A stretch of DNA of 62,440 bases, the filler included, from an uncultured Methanosarcinales archaeon (GTDB taxonomy: Archaea > Nanobdellota > Nanobdellia > Woesearchaeales > B54-G15): the NCBI GenBank assembly GCA_964519225.1. It is 6 parts of 6 records of this genome, joined end to end, with 100 filler letters (N's around TTAATTAATTAA, not from the genome) between each part and the next. Parts side by side here need not be neighbours in the genome. Positions count along the whole stretch, not along the records: positions 36,819 to 47,378 come from CAZFJK010000025.1; positions 47,479 to 55,745 come from CAZFJK010000027.1; 4 more parts are not named here. One strand, 5' to 3'. The translations under genes were made by a program, and so were the position numbers. Below are positions 39,098-48,237 of this stretch, one piece after another; within the stretch, counting starts at the first letter, position 1, and each line of letters opens with the position of its first letter. Below the pieces are notes generated by a model. The model searched no databases and was not told the origin of the DNA. It saw only the letters and a program-made list of their open reading frames with translations.

Positions 39098-39892
39098 CTA
39101 CTTGAGAGCATCTACAAGTTGATCGCATTTCTCGTTCAATTCATCAACAGCCTGTTTTAAAATCTCTTTAACACCAAGCTGTCCAAAACTTTCAACATAA
39201 AAAACAAAGTTCTTTTCATCAGGCTCAACCTTAACAGCGCCATTGCTAATATCAACACAAGCATTACACAGGTTACAATCGTACAGCTTATCCTTTTTCA
39301 CAGCAAGCTTTCCTCCTTTCAACTCAAAAACACCAACTGGACAATTACTCATAACCTCGTCAGGATTCTTCACATTTCCAATATCGATGATAGGAACATT
39401 CTTATAATAAACATGCGCAGGGCTCCACTTGCTGTGCTCCTTTCCTTTTCCGAGCACAGCAACAGCTTCTAACTCAAGTGCCTGACCTTTCATCAGCTTT
39501 ACTATCGGCATCTCACCGAAAACAGGCTTTGCTTTTGGATCCTTGCTTTTCAAATCCTTTGCCCTAACCACAACACCGTCCTTATCAGCCTTAACGCTCA
39601 AATGAAGCTTTAACTGGCATTTCGCACATCCAGCACCTTTGCAGCTGCATTTCTCAGGCAATTCGTAGCTTTTCAAATCAGTTTTTATCGGAAGCAAACC
39701 AAGTCTTAAAGCAATCATCTCATCATACAGAGCACTGCTGTTTTCCCTGAATTCAACATCTTCTATAGCTAAAGTTGGAACTTCCTCAACAATAATCCTT
39801 CTGATAGCATTCATAAAATAAGGACTGCTGTTCTTTACCAAAAACAAAACAGCATTATTCTTTTCATCCTTATCTAAAATCTCAACTTCCAT
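39098..39892 (-). CDS. rpoD: RNA polymerase subunit Rpo3 (D) with Fe-S/Cys motifs
   Basis: NAIRR.I..EVPTLAIE, DEMIALRLGL.P, GKEHSKW, CNLCNAC. Confidence 0.96.
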   Translation of the reverse strand: MEVEILDKDEKNNAVLFLVKNSSPYFMNAIRRIIVEEVPTLAIEDVEFRENSSALYDEMIALRLGLLPIKTDLKSYELPEKCSCKGAGCAKCQLKLHLSVKADKDGVVVRAKDLKSKDPKAKPVFGEMPIVKLMKGQALELEAVAVLGKGKEHSKWSPAHVYYKNVPIIDIGNVKNPDEVMSNCPVGVFELKGGKLAVKKDKLYDCNLCNACVDISNGAVKVEPDEKNFVFYVESFGQLGVKEILKQAVDELNEKCDQLVDALK

Positions 39893-39894
39893 CT

Positions 39895-40293
39895 TTATAC
39901 CCTCCTTCCTCTTTTTCCACCTTTCTTTCTGCAACCATCATGCGGAATTGGCGTTACATCCTCAATCACTCCGATCTTCAACCCATGTCTTGATAATGCC
40001 CTTATTGCAGCCTGAGCTCCAGGACCAGGATTCATAGGACCATTATGTCCGCCAGGAGCCCTGATCTTAACATGAACAGCATTTATTCCTTTATCAAGTG
40101 CAATTTCAGCGACCTTTTTAGCAGCCATCATCGCAGCAGTAGGACTGCTTTCAAGTCTGTCGGCTTTAACATGTTGTCCGCCGCTTGAAATAGCAATCGT
40201 TTCACTTCCAGTGATATCAGTAATATGAATTATTGTATTATTATAACTCGAATAAATATGCGCTATTCCCCATCTTACTTTCTTCTCGGCCAT
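39895..40293 (-). CDS. rps11: Ribosomal protein uS11
   Basis: [31 protein letters not shown]. Confidence 0.97.
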   Translation of the reverse strand: MAEKKVRWGIAHIYSSYNNTIIHITDITGSETIAISSGGQHVKADRLESSPTAAMMAAKKVAEIALDKGINAVHVKIRAPGGHNGPMNPGPGAQAAIRALSRHGLKIGVIEDVTPIPHDGCRKKGGKRGRRV

Positions 40294-40303
40294 TTTATCC
40301 TTT

Positions 40304-40861
40304 TTATCCTTCTTGCTTTACTTCTTCAACCTTTTGTTCAGCTTTTTTCAATTTGCTTATCTCAACATGATCCTCTTTGCTGAAAGGCGAATCAGGAGCA
40401 AAACAAATCTTATCCTCTTCATCTTTCTCTACCAGATAACTCGGAACATTTACTTTTTTATCACCGACCATAATATGCTTATGCACAATAAACTGCCTTG
40501 CCTGTTTCATACTCAAAGCCAGACCCTTCTTAAAAACAACGCTTTGCAACCGCCTGTTCAAGATATCCCTTACATTCAAATCCAAAACATCTTCGACCTT
40601 TGCACCCTCATTAAGCAAACCAAGTCTGATAAGCTTTCTCAGCAAAAGCTCACCTTCTTTCTTTTCCTGCTCTCCTCTTGCAGCAATCAACTTTTTAGCC
40701 TGTGCCCTGAATCTCCTCAAAATCGATTCAGCCTTCCATATCTCTTTTTTTCTCCTAAGTCCAAACTCTTTCATCAATTCTTTTTCTTCAGCAATTCTTG
40801 CAGCCATCCACGGATGTGGTGGCTTCTCATACTGTTTCCTTAATCTTCGAGGATCTCCCAT
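40304..40861 (-). CDS. rps4: Ribosomal protein uS4
   Basis: [21 protein letters not shown] and ARQFIVH.HI motifs. Confidence 0.97.
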   Translation of the reverse strand: MGDPRRLRKQYEKPPHPWMAARIAEEKELMKEFGLRRKKEIWKAESILRRFRAQAKKLIAARGEQEKKEGELLLRKLIRLGLLNEGAKVEDVLDLNVRDILNRRLQSVVFKKGLALSMKQARQFIVHKHIMVGDKKVNVPSYLVEKDEEDKICFAPDSPFSKEDHVEISKLKKAEQKVEEVKQEG

Positions 40862-40863
40862 TT

Positions 40864-41346
40864 TTACTTCCTACCGCCTTTTTTCTTTTTCTTAACACCT
40901 AAAGCCTTACCTTTATTCTTCCTAAAGTTACTCTTTGTTCTTTGTCCCCTGACGGGCAATCCAAGAGCATGCCTCACGCCTCTGTAACATTTAATCTTCC
41001 TCAATCTTCTTATGTCAGCATCCCACTGAAGCTTTAGATCAACACCAACGAGATGTTTATCTTCACCGCTTTCCAAATCCTTTCTTCTGTTATAAAGCCA
41101 AGCAGGGATTCCATACTTATTCGGATTTTTCAAAACATCCTCAATCTTATCAATTTCCTCATCACTTAAATAACCGGTTTTCATCGTTTTGTCCAGGCCA
41201 AGAACAGCACAAACAGCATTAGCAAAAGGAATCCCAACACCAACAATATCTTTTAGTCCAATAACTAAATGTTTCCTTCCGTCGATATCAGTATTTGCAA
41301 TTCTTACAACGTGTTTGAATTCCTTTTCAGCTTTTGCATCGCTCAT
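40864..41346 (-). CDS. rps13: Ribosomal protein uS13
   Basis: VRIANTD, IPAWLYNRRKD, YRG.RH..GLPVRGQRT. Confidence 0.97.
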   Translation of the reverse strand: MSDAKAEKEFKHVVRIANTDIDGRKHLVIGLKDIVGVGIPFANAVCAVLGLDKTMKTGYLSDEEIDKIEDVLKNPNKYGIPAWLYNRRKDLESGEDKHLVGVDLKLQWDADIRRLRKIKCYRGVRHALGLPVRGQRTKSNFRKNKGKALGVKKKKKGGRK

Positions 41347-41482
41347 CTTAATCAGCAACAAAAAGCTAAGAGGACTGCAGACAGAAATAGTGCTGCCCAC
41401 AGCCCTCTAAAGCTATACGCCGGTCAGCAAAATACCGACCGACTCGGGCTTTTCTTCAATCTGAATTGAACTTATTTATAAA
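41347..41482 (-). promoter_or_regulatory. TATA box and structured 5' leader of the S13 operon
   Basis: TTTATAAA at 41475-41482; two hairpins (41419-41443 and 41364-41414) with G-U pairs on the - strand. Confidence 0.6.
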
Positions 41483-41540
41483 TGTTTTTCTTAAATTCCC
41501 TCAAAAATAGTCTCACAACTAGAAGAAAATATTAATTTTA

Positions 41541-41640
41541 NNNNNNNNNNNNNNNNNNNNNNNNNNNNNNNNNNNNNNNNNNNNNNNNNNNNNNNNNNNN
41601 NNNNNNNNNNNNNNNNNNNNNNNNNNNNNNNNNNNNNNNN
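41541..41640. other. Scaffold gap (100 N, true size unknown)
   Basis: Plain N run; the 5' part of pyrF is missing. Confidence 0.95.
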
Positions 41641-41642
41641 GA

Positions 41643-41855
41643 AATAAACCCAATGAAATAGTAAAGATCAGAAAAGCATTAGAACAAAAAGGCATTTCTC
41701 CAACATTTTATGCTCCGGGATTTATAGCACAGGGTGGAGAAATAACCAAAGCTGCAAGAGCTGCAGGAAACAATTGGCACGCAATCGTCGGAAGAGGAAT
41801 TTATAAAGCGAAAGATATAAGAAAAGCAGCATTAGAACTCACAAGCAAGTTATGA
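41643..41855 (+). CDS. pyrF: Orotidine-5'-phosphate decarboxylase, C-terminal fragment
   Basis: Hand translation ...YAPGFIAQGG...AIVGRGIYKAKD...* matches the PG..QGG / IVGR.IY C-terminus. Confidence 0.8.
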   Translation, partial: NKPNEIVKIRKALEQKGISPTFYAPGFIAQGGEITKAARAAGNNWHAIVGRGIYKAKDIRKAALELTSKL

Positions 41856-41934
41856 AAGCACAAAGCTTTAAGAAAACTTTGCGAAATCTTTTTAAACACG
41901 TTCCTATTCTCGCAGAAAAACAAAAAGAAAAGCT

Positions 41935-42054
41935 GGGGCTGTGGGGTAGCTTGGCCTAGCCTTTCGGCTTTGGGAGCCGAAGACCCCGGTTCAAAACTCC
42001 ATCAGGAATCAGTCAGCACATATCCGCGATGGAGTGAATATCCGGGCAGCCCCA
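41935..42054 (+). tRNA. tRNA-Pro(TGG) with 45-nt non-canonical intron at 59/60 (41996-42040)
   Basis: Acceptor GGGGCTG/CAGCCCC; anticodon arm TCGGC-TTTGGGA-GCCGA; strict BHB in the T-loop. Confidence 0.92.
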
Positions 42055-42065
42055 CTCCTTTAAAA

Positions 42066-42275
42066 ATGGTAAGCAAACTCGGTTCTGCAAAACGCTTTGG
42101 AGCACGCTATGGAAAGACAGTAAAAGAGCGTTTTGCAAAAATCGAAGCTCTGCAAAGAGCAAAGCATAAATGTCCTTATTGCTCAGCTGTTCGCGTAAAG
42201 AGAATTGCAGCCGGAATTTGGCAATGCAGAAAATGCAATGCAAAATTCACAGGCAAAGCCTACTCTCCTGCTTAA
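42066..42275 (+). CDS. rpl37ae: Ribosomal protein eL43 (L37Ae)
   Basis: RFGARYG, CPYC...VKR.AAGIW.C.KC...F.G.AY. Confidence 0.95.
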   Translation: MVSKLGSAKRFGARYGKTVKERFAKIEALQRAKHKCPYCSAVRVKRIAAGIWQCRKCNAKFTGKAYSPA

Positions 42276-42276
42276 A

Positions 42277-42414
42277 ATGGTAGAATACAAATGTTTCCAA
42301 TGCGGAAGACGCGTCGCACAAGAATACGTAAAGAAAAGGATTCGTTGTCCGTATTGCGGCAGCAAAATAATTTACAAGCCCAGAACAGTCGTAACAAAAG
42401 TTAAAGCAAGATAA
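42277..42414 (+). CDS. rpoP: RNA polymerase subunit Rpo12 (P)
   Basis: YKC..CG...IRCPYCGSKI.YK.R....VKAR. Confidence 0.93.
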   Translation: MVEYKCFQCGRRVAQEYVKKRIRCPYCGSKIIYKPRTVVTKVKAR

Positions 42415-42415
42415 A

Positions 42416-42739
42416 ATGAAAAAAGAAACAGAACAAAAAATAGGTCAGCTTCAGCTAATGGAACAAAGCCTTCAGGCATTGCTCGTCCAAAAACAGCAGT
42501 TTCAAACGCAGCTTGTAGAGCTCGAATCTGCTTTAAAAGAACTCGAGAAAAAAGACTACGCTTATAAAATCGTTGGCTCGATCATGGTTAAAGCAACAAA
42601 AGAAGAAATAGAAAAAGAACTCAAATCAAAAATAGAACTCGTAAAACTCAGAATAAAATCAATAGAAAAACAGGAAGCAAATATAAAAGAAAAAGCTTCT
42701 TCCTTGCAGAAGGAAATAATGAGCGAACTGAAAAAATAG
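42416..42739 (+). CDS. pfdB: Prefoldin beta subunit
   Basis: Coiled coil with YKIVG..MV hairpin; usual position after rpoP. Confidence 0.9.
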   Translation: MKKETEQKIGQLQLMEQSLQALLVQKQQFQTQLVELESALKELEKKDYAYKIVGSIMVKATKEEIEKELKSKIELVKLRIKSIEKQEANIKEKASSLQKEIMSELKK

Positions 42740-42756
42740 CTTTCTGAAAATCAAAA

Positions 42757-43035
42757 ATGCCACGCAAAAAAGCAAAGGAAATAAATCTCGAAGCCTTGGA
42801 AGAAGCATTCAGAATGCTTGAAGAAGCAAAGAATGACTTCTTAACGCCGAAAAACGTCAAAGCCAAAATAGATCAGGTTGAGACAATCCTGAAAGAAAAC
42901 GATAATGAAATTCAGATAAGAATAAACAAAGCCCTTCACGAACTCGAGGAAATTGCCGATGATATAAATCTTCAGCCATTTACAAGAACTCAGCTCTGGA
43001 ACATTGTAAGCATATTGGAAAAGATCATTGCTTAG
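42757..43035 (+). CDS. UPF0147-family protein
   Basis: D...PKNV...L.EI.DD.NL.PF.RT..WNIVS.LE. Confidence 0.8.
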   Translation: MPRKKAKEINLEALEEAFRMLEEAKNDFLTPKNVKAKIDQVETILKENDNEIQIRINKALHELEEIADDINLQPFTRTQLWNIVSILEKIIA

Positions 43036-43585
43036 CTTTCTTCGCTTTTACTTTTTGCCTTTTCACCCTCACAACCTTCTTAACTAAAAAAGAATTCGGA
43101 ACATAAATCAGGTCATTTCCATTTTTCACTATGGTTTCAGCAACACCAACTTTTTCGATCTTTCCTTCAACACCGTTAAGCTTTATCCTGTCACCCGCCT
43201 TAAAAAGCTTATTCCTGTAAATCATATAGCCAGCAAACGCATTTGGAATAAAATCCTTCAGCGCAAGCAAAATCGCAACTATAGTCAAAACTATGGCACC
43301 GATAAAAACAATCGACAAAACAACAGTACTTAATCCAAGCTCAGCCAAAGCCCAAATCACAGCAATGAAATAAATCAGGTATTTAACAAAGTGCGATATA
43401 CCTTCCTCAAGCGCAATTCTTACACCAGCTTTCCTTAAACTTTTATCGAGCTCAAGCTCTTTCAAGCCTCTATGACAGAGCTTTTCTAAAATCTTTCCTA
43501 CGACAAATCCGCCAAGGAGGATTACTGCAGCAACAATAACCCTAACTAAAAAATCAGCAATCTCAATGCCGAAGATAGCAACCAT
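43025..43585 (-). CDS. Small mechanosensitive-channel (MscS-like) membrane protein
   Basis: TM helices then KD...N..AG...F.AGD.I....G.IE...VPNS. Confidence 0.8.
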   Translation of the reverse strand: MVAIFGIEIADFLVRVIVAAVILLGGFVVGKILEKLCHRGLKELELDKSLRKAGVRIALEEGISHFVKYLIYFIAVIWALAELGLSTVVLSIVFIGAIVLTIVAILLALKDFIPNAFAGYMIYRNKLFKAGDRIKLNGVEGKIEKVGVAETIVKNGNDLIYVPNSFLVKKVVRVKRQKVKAKKAKQ

Positions 43586-43778
43586 TCCAGCAAAAGCAGG
43601 CATCAAATTTATAAATATTTTCTCAAAAATCAAAATCAAAGAAGGCCATAATTCTTGGATAATACTCCATTAAAAATAGCATTATTTTAGGATTATATTT
43701 AAAAATTTCGTTTTTCTTTCTCCGTTTTAAAAATAAACCAATAAATTTTAATCTTCGTTCGTCTAAACAAAACAAACT

Positions 43779-44903
43779 ATGCCAACAAACGTTACAGCAG
43801 AATATGCAGCAGCAGAACGCCGCTATCAGCAGGCAAAATCCATTCAGGAAAAAATAGCTGCTTTAGAAGAAATGCTAAAAACAGTACCGAAGCACAAAGG
43901 CACAGAAAACCTCAGGCAAGAACTGAAAAGCAGACTTGCAAAATTAAAACGAGAACTGGAACGAAGAAAAAAACAACAAAAAGCTGCTGCTTCAACAGAA
44001 ACAATCAAAAAAGAATCACCTGCTTTAATCGTCGCAATCGGCTTTCCCAACAGCGGAAAAAGCACAGTCATAAATCAACTAACAGGAACAAAACTCCAAG
44101 TAGCTGAATATCCATTTACAACATCTACTCCTGCTGTAGCAACCTTAAATATAAAAGGCGCAAAACTACAGCTTGTAGAACTCCCGGGCTTTGTTCTCAA
44201 CGCAGAAGAAAGCAATACACAGCTTTTTGCCCTGTCACGAATAGCAGATCTCGCTTTACTAATAACAGATCCCTTCTCACCGTTGGAAGAACTAATAAAA
44301 GCATTCGACAGGGCAAACATAAAATTAAATCGAGAAAAGCCAAACATAAAGATAAAGAAAAACATGGTCGGCGGCATAGACGTCATCGGCTTTGAAAACA
44401 TAACGAATGCAAAAAAAGAGCAGGTAATTGCAGCAGCAAGGGAATTCTACACAAACGCAGTAATCGAAATCAAATCAAAATGCACCATCGAACTTTTCAA
44501 ATCCGCTTTAGATCCAAGCACAAAATTCCTTCCTGCAATAATCATTTTAACACGGACAGATTTAGCAACGCAGGAACAAATAACTGCTTTTCGCGAACGC
44601 TTTCAACATTTTGAAATCATACCTTCAACAGAAAAAGAAAAAATCATTACAGCAATCTGGAAAAAACTCAAACTCATAAAAATATATACAAAAGAACCAG
44701 GAAAAAAACCAAAACTCGATGAGCCTATTTGCCTAAAAAAAGGCAGCACAGTAAAAGACGCAGCAGAACAAATCCATAAGGATTTCATAAAAAAGTTTCG
44801 CTTTGCAAGGATCTGGGGAAACTCAGCCAAGTTTCCAGGCGCAAAAGTCGGATTATCCCACAAACTCCAAGACGAAGATATAGTTGAATTTCATGTGAGA
44901 TAA
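43779..44903 (+). CDS. DRG/OBG-family GTPase with TGS domain
   Basis: PKHKGTE, GFPNSGKST, YPFTT; C-terminal TGS (IHKD...FARIWG.SAKFPG..VGL.H.L.D.DIVE). Confidence 0.9.
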   Translation: MPTNVTAEYAAAERRYQQAKSIQEKIAALEEMLKTVPKHKGTENLRQELKSRLAKLKRELERRKKQQKAAASTETIKKESPALIVAIGFPNSGKSTVINQLTGTKLQVAEYPFTTSTPAVATLNIKGAKLQLVELPGFVLNAEESNTQLFALSRIADLALLITDPFSPLEELIKAFDRANIKLNREKPNIKIKKNMVGGIDVIGFENITNAKKEQVIAAAREFYTNAVIEIKSKCTIELFKSALDPSTKFLPAIIILTRTDLATQEQITAFRERFQHFEIIPSTEKEKIITAIWKKLKLIKIYTKEPGKKPKLDEPICLKKGSTVKDAAEQIHKDFIKKFRFARIWGNSAKFPGAKVGLSHKLQDEDIVEFHVR

Positions 44904-45062
44904 GCCGCCAGAGATTAGCATTTATCATGCACACTTCCTTAAAAAGAAAATTTCTTAAACTAAGAGAATAATAATTATGAATAGAAAAAAATAATTTGAT
45001 ATATCATCAAAAATTTATCTTTTTTATAAGAGTTGAAGAAAAATAAAAAGAGGGTAGTTAAT

Positions 45063-46472
45063 ATGATGATGCTATTTGAGGAAATGGTAAAAAAGAACAA
45101 CCTTTTTTTGTTGAACAGAGGCACTAATCTACGCATAACTCCAACTGTAAATTTACAGAACGAAATCCTAACTGTATTTAACAATCTTGCGGAAGACCCT
45201 TCATGGTCATTTGAAAATCTATCCAGAAAAGAAACATCCTATGCAACCCATGGTTATCATAGGTATCCTGCTAAATTTATCCCACAGTTAGCAAGAAGAT
45301 GTATTGAGGATTATTCAAATAAAGATGAAATTGTCTGTGATCCTTTCATGGGCTGTGGAACAACACTGGTTGAAGCATTAATTTCTGGAAGAAAGGCTGT
45401 CGGTGTAGATATAAATCCCGTAGCATGGTTAATCACAAAGGCTAAAACTGTTCCGATAGAGCCAAAAAAATTAAGAAAAGAAATTAACAAAGTATTATCA
45501 GATCTTTCAGCTTTTATAGAGTTTAGAAAAAACAAAATAAAACCATTTACAGAGATGAATATAAAATCAGCAATCCCTGACAACGAAAGAATAAGATACT
45601 GGTTTCCACATGATAACATAAGGGAAGAGTTGGGAATAATTCTTGGTAGAATCAACAAAATAAGAGAAGAAGACATTAGAAATTTCTGTTTATGTGCTTT
45701 TTCCCAAATTCTAAAAAATTGTTCCGTATGGTTAATGAAGAGTGTTAAACCGACAAGAGACTTAAAAAAGAAACCTGCCGATCCTCTTCAAATTTTTAAG
45801 AAGCACATAAACTACATGATAAGAGGAAATGAGCAATTATTCAAAGTAATGCCAGAACATATAAGACAAAATTTAGATGAATAGTTAATTGCTGAAAGAA
45901 GAGATGCGAGAGATTTACCATGCAAGTCTAATTCTGTAAGTCTAATTGTTACATCCCCACCTTATGTTACTTCTTATGAATATGCAGACTTACACCAATT
46001 AACTGCTCTCTGGTTAGAATATACTAAAAACGTCGCTGAATTTAGGGAAGGTTTTATTGGCTCAATGTACAAAAGAACTTTCATTTGTGATGGAATAAAA
46101 AGCGAGATTGCTAAAAAGGAAATTGAAGAATTAGAAAAAAAATCAAAAAGAGAAGCAGATGCAGTGAGAGATTACTTTTTTGAAATGCAACAATGTTTTG
46201 AAGAAATGCACAGAGTTCTAAAACCTGGTGGAAAAGCCTGTATTGTGATAGGAAATACAGAATTGAAGAAAGTAGAGATTCTAAATGCTGAAGTGTTCGT
46301 CGAGATCATGCTAAACCTTGGCTTCAGGGTCCATAAAATAATCAAAAGAAGAATCCCATCAAAAATATTACCATCCACCAGAGATTCGAAAACTGGGAGA
46401 TTTGCATCAAATCATAAAGCTGATAGATTAGCTTACGCATACGAATATATTTTAGTTATGGAGAAACTGTGA
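45063..46472 (+). pseudogene. N4-cytosine-type DNA methyltransferase interrupted by one in-frame TAG (45882-45884)
   Basis: YPAKF and DPFMGCGTT before the stop; the same frame continues LIAERRDAR...VTSPPY... and joins ORF 46065-46472. Confidence 0.8.
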
Positions 46473-46481
46473 GGTGTAAAA

Positions 46482-47174
46482 ATGAAGTTTGAGGATCTAG
46501 TAACATTATACAAAGAAAAGAAAAAGAAGTATGGGGTTGAAGCGTACAAGCATATATCTGAACTGCTGAGAGAGGCTAAGGAATTACATAAAAAAGATTG
46601 GTTAAAGAAACCAACACCAAATAAAGATCATGAACAATCTTGGAGAGCGTTCAAAGGGAAAAATTTCGAAAAGTTGATAATTCATATAATAAAAGATGAA
46701 GTCGAAAGTTTAGGATTAAAAGTGGTTGATGGGAACACATTGGAAAGAACAAACAGTAAGAACCTGCCAAGAGAATTAAGCCAAGTAAAAAGAAATCTTC
46801 TGATTGATTATGGAGAATTTGGTCATCATTTGCCAGACGTTGATATAGTTATCTATGATCCTAAAACCCTAAAGATAATAGCAGTTATTTCAAGCAAAAT
46901 TACATTAAGGGAAAGAATTGCACAAACAGGTTATTGGAAACTAAAATTAATGCAAGATGAAGTTACCAAACATATTAAAGTATTCTTCATAACACCCGAT
47001 GAAGATGGAACTCTGAAAACAAAAAAACCTGCGAAGAAGGGTAGAGCAATAGTTGAGGTTGATACCGATGGAAGCTATGTAATGAGTGAGGAAGAAGTCG
47101 AAGAAAGTGATAAAGTGAAGATGTTTGATAAGTTTATTGAAGACTTAAAGAGGTTAATAAATGAAAGAAGATAA
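46482..47174 (+). CDS. Type II restriction endonuclease, BsaWI/CCGG-family-like
   Basis: QSW.AFKG.NFE, LPDVDIV and S.K.TLRER motifs; flanked by methylases. Confidence 0.75.
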   Translation: MKFEDLVTLYKEKKKKYGVEAYKHISELLREAKELHKKDWLKKPTPNKDHEQSWRAFKGKNFEKLIIHIIKDEVESLGLKVVDGNTLERTNSKNLPRELSQVKRNLLIDYGEFGHHLPDVDIVIYDPKTLKIIAVISSKITLRERIAQTGYWKLKLMQDEVTKHIKVFFITPDEDGTLKTKKPAKKGRAIVEVDTDGSYVMSEEEVEESDKVKMFDKFIEDLKRLINERR

Positions 47175-47378
47175 GCCTGTCTTATATCCAACAACTCTAT
47201 GGGATTTTCCTAAACAAAGTTATGGCAAGACACCGAAAGGAGACTGGAAATTTAATGGTGTTACTCCCGCTGGGGTAATTTATAATTTGATTGTAAGGTA
47301 TACAAAGCCAGGAGATTTAGTAGTTGATCCGATGTGCGGAAGTGGAACAACAATTGATGTTTGTAAAGAAGAAGGAAG
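47161..47378 (+). CDS. Second DNA methyltransferase, N-terminal fragment
   Basis: TTLWDFP...RYTKPGDLV.DPMCGSGTT. Confidence 0.8.
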
Positions 47379-47478
47379 NNNNNNNNNNNNNNNNNNNNNN
47401 NNNNNNNNNNNNNNNNNNNNNNTTAATTAATTAANNNNNNNNNNNNNNNNNNNNNNNNNNNNNNNNNNNNNNNNNNNN
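47379..47478. other. Artificial contig linker
   Basis: N44-TTAATTAATTAA-N44. Confidence 0.98.
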
Positions 47479-47520
47479 ATTTAAATAAGGTATATACTTA
47501 GCTTCATGTTGAAGCACTAT

Positions 47521-47982
47521 TTGCACACTAGAGTGTTGATGTGGTAATATGTTAATTTTACCTCTGTTTCCCTTTTGAAAGAGAGCTACCCTACACTCTT
47601 GACAACCTTGGGTGAAATGTGACATACTTTAAAATTTTCCCCTCTTACACTCCTCAAAACTACTTCTTGCAAACCAACATGTTGATGCATTAACATAGCC
47701 GACTTCATTTAAATCCCTTAGAAAAGCATCTGAAAGAACTCTTGACAACCTGGGTTAGAAAATGGTAAACTTGGAAATTTTGGTTTCGTACATCCCTCGG
47801 AACTATCACTTGCAAACTAGGATGGTGGTGGGGTAAAATGATGAACTTTCTCAATCCTTCCTCGAAGAGAAGTATTGAGGAACTCTTGACGACCTTAGTT
47901 GAAAAGTTGTATACTGAAAAATTTTGGTTGTATATCCTAACAAAATCAATACTTGCAAGCCAGAGTAATGATAGTGTAAATT
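47521..47982 (+). repeat. Degenerate tandem repeat (~143-146 bp, 3.5 units), each half carrying a sigma70-like promoter motif
   Basis: TTG-hexamers at 47521, 47599, 47667, 47742, 47810, 47886 and 47953, each followed after exactly 18 nt by (T/C)ANNNT; ACTCTTGAC(A/G)ACCT occurs three times. Confidence 0.8.
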
Positions 47983-48237
47983 TTCCCACTTTGCTTTAGG
48001 AGCTTTGTAACAAAATATAATGCTCGAAATTCTAAGTAACTTTCTTGACCAGAGATATTTTATAACGGCGGACTCATTGAATTTTCTCAATGTTTGCTTT
48101 ATATAATGATTGTGGTAGCTTAGGATAAGAGCAAGATATGTTATAATAATGTCAATTATATGTGATGCTGCTGAGTAAGAAGATAAATATAAACACATTA
48201 AGTCCATATCCCTCAGCTATCTTAAGGAGGTAAATGT

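Noticed and set aside
41970..42065. N-terminal extension of L37Ae (and the similar extension of L18e at 38957-38986)
   Set aside because: These ORF-track extensions run through tRNA genes; the true starts are 42066 and 38956.
43779..44903. Inactive GTPase (G3 ELPG, G4 TRTD deviate from consensus)
   Set aside because: G1, G2 and TGS are intact; I cannot judge these substitutions without an alignment.
45882..45884. Genome-wide TAG reassignment or pyrrolysine
   Set aside because: TAG ends rpoD, rps9 and pfdB at their expected lengths; no pyl genes seen.
47521..47982. CRISPR or TIGR-type guide array, or the 94-aa/64-aa ORFs as repeat proteins
   Set aside because: No identical repeat with unique spacers and no 36-nt unit; unit lengths shift frame and introduce stops.
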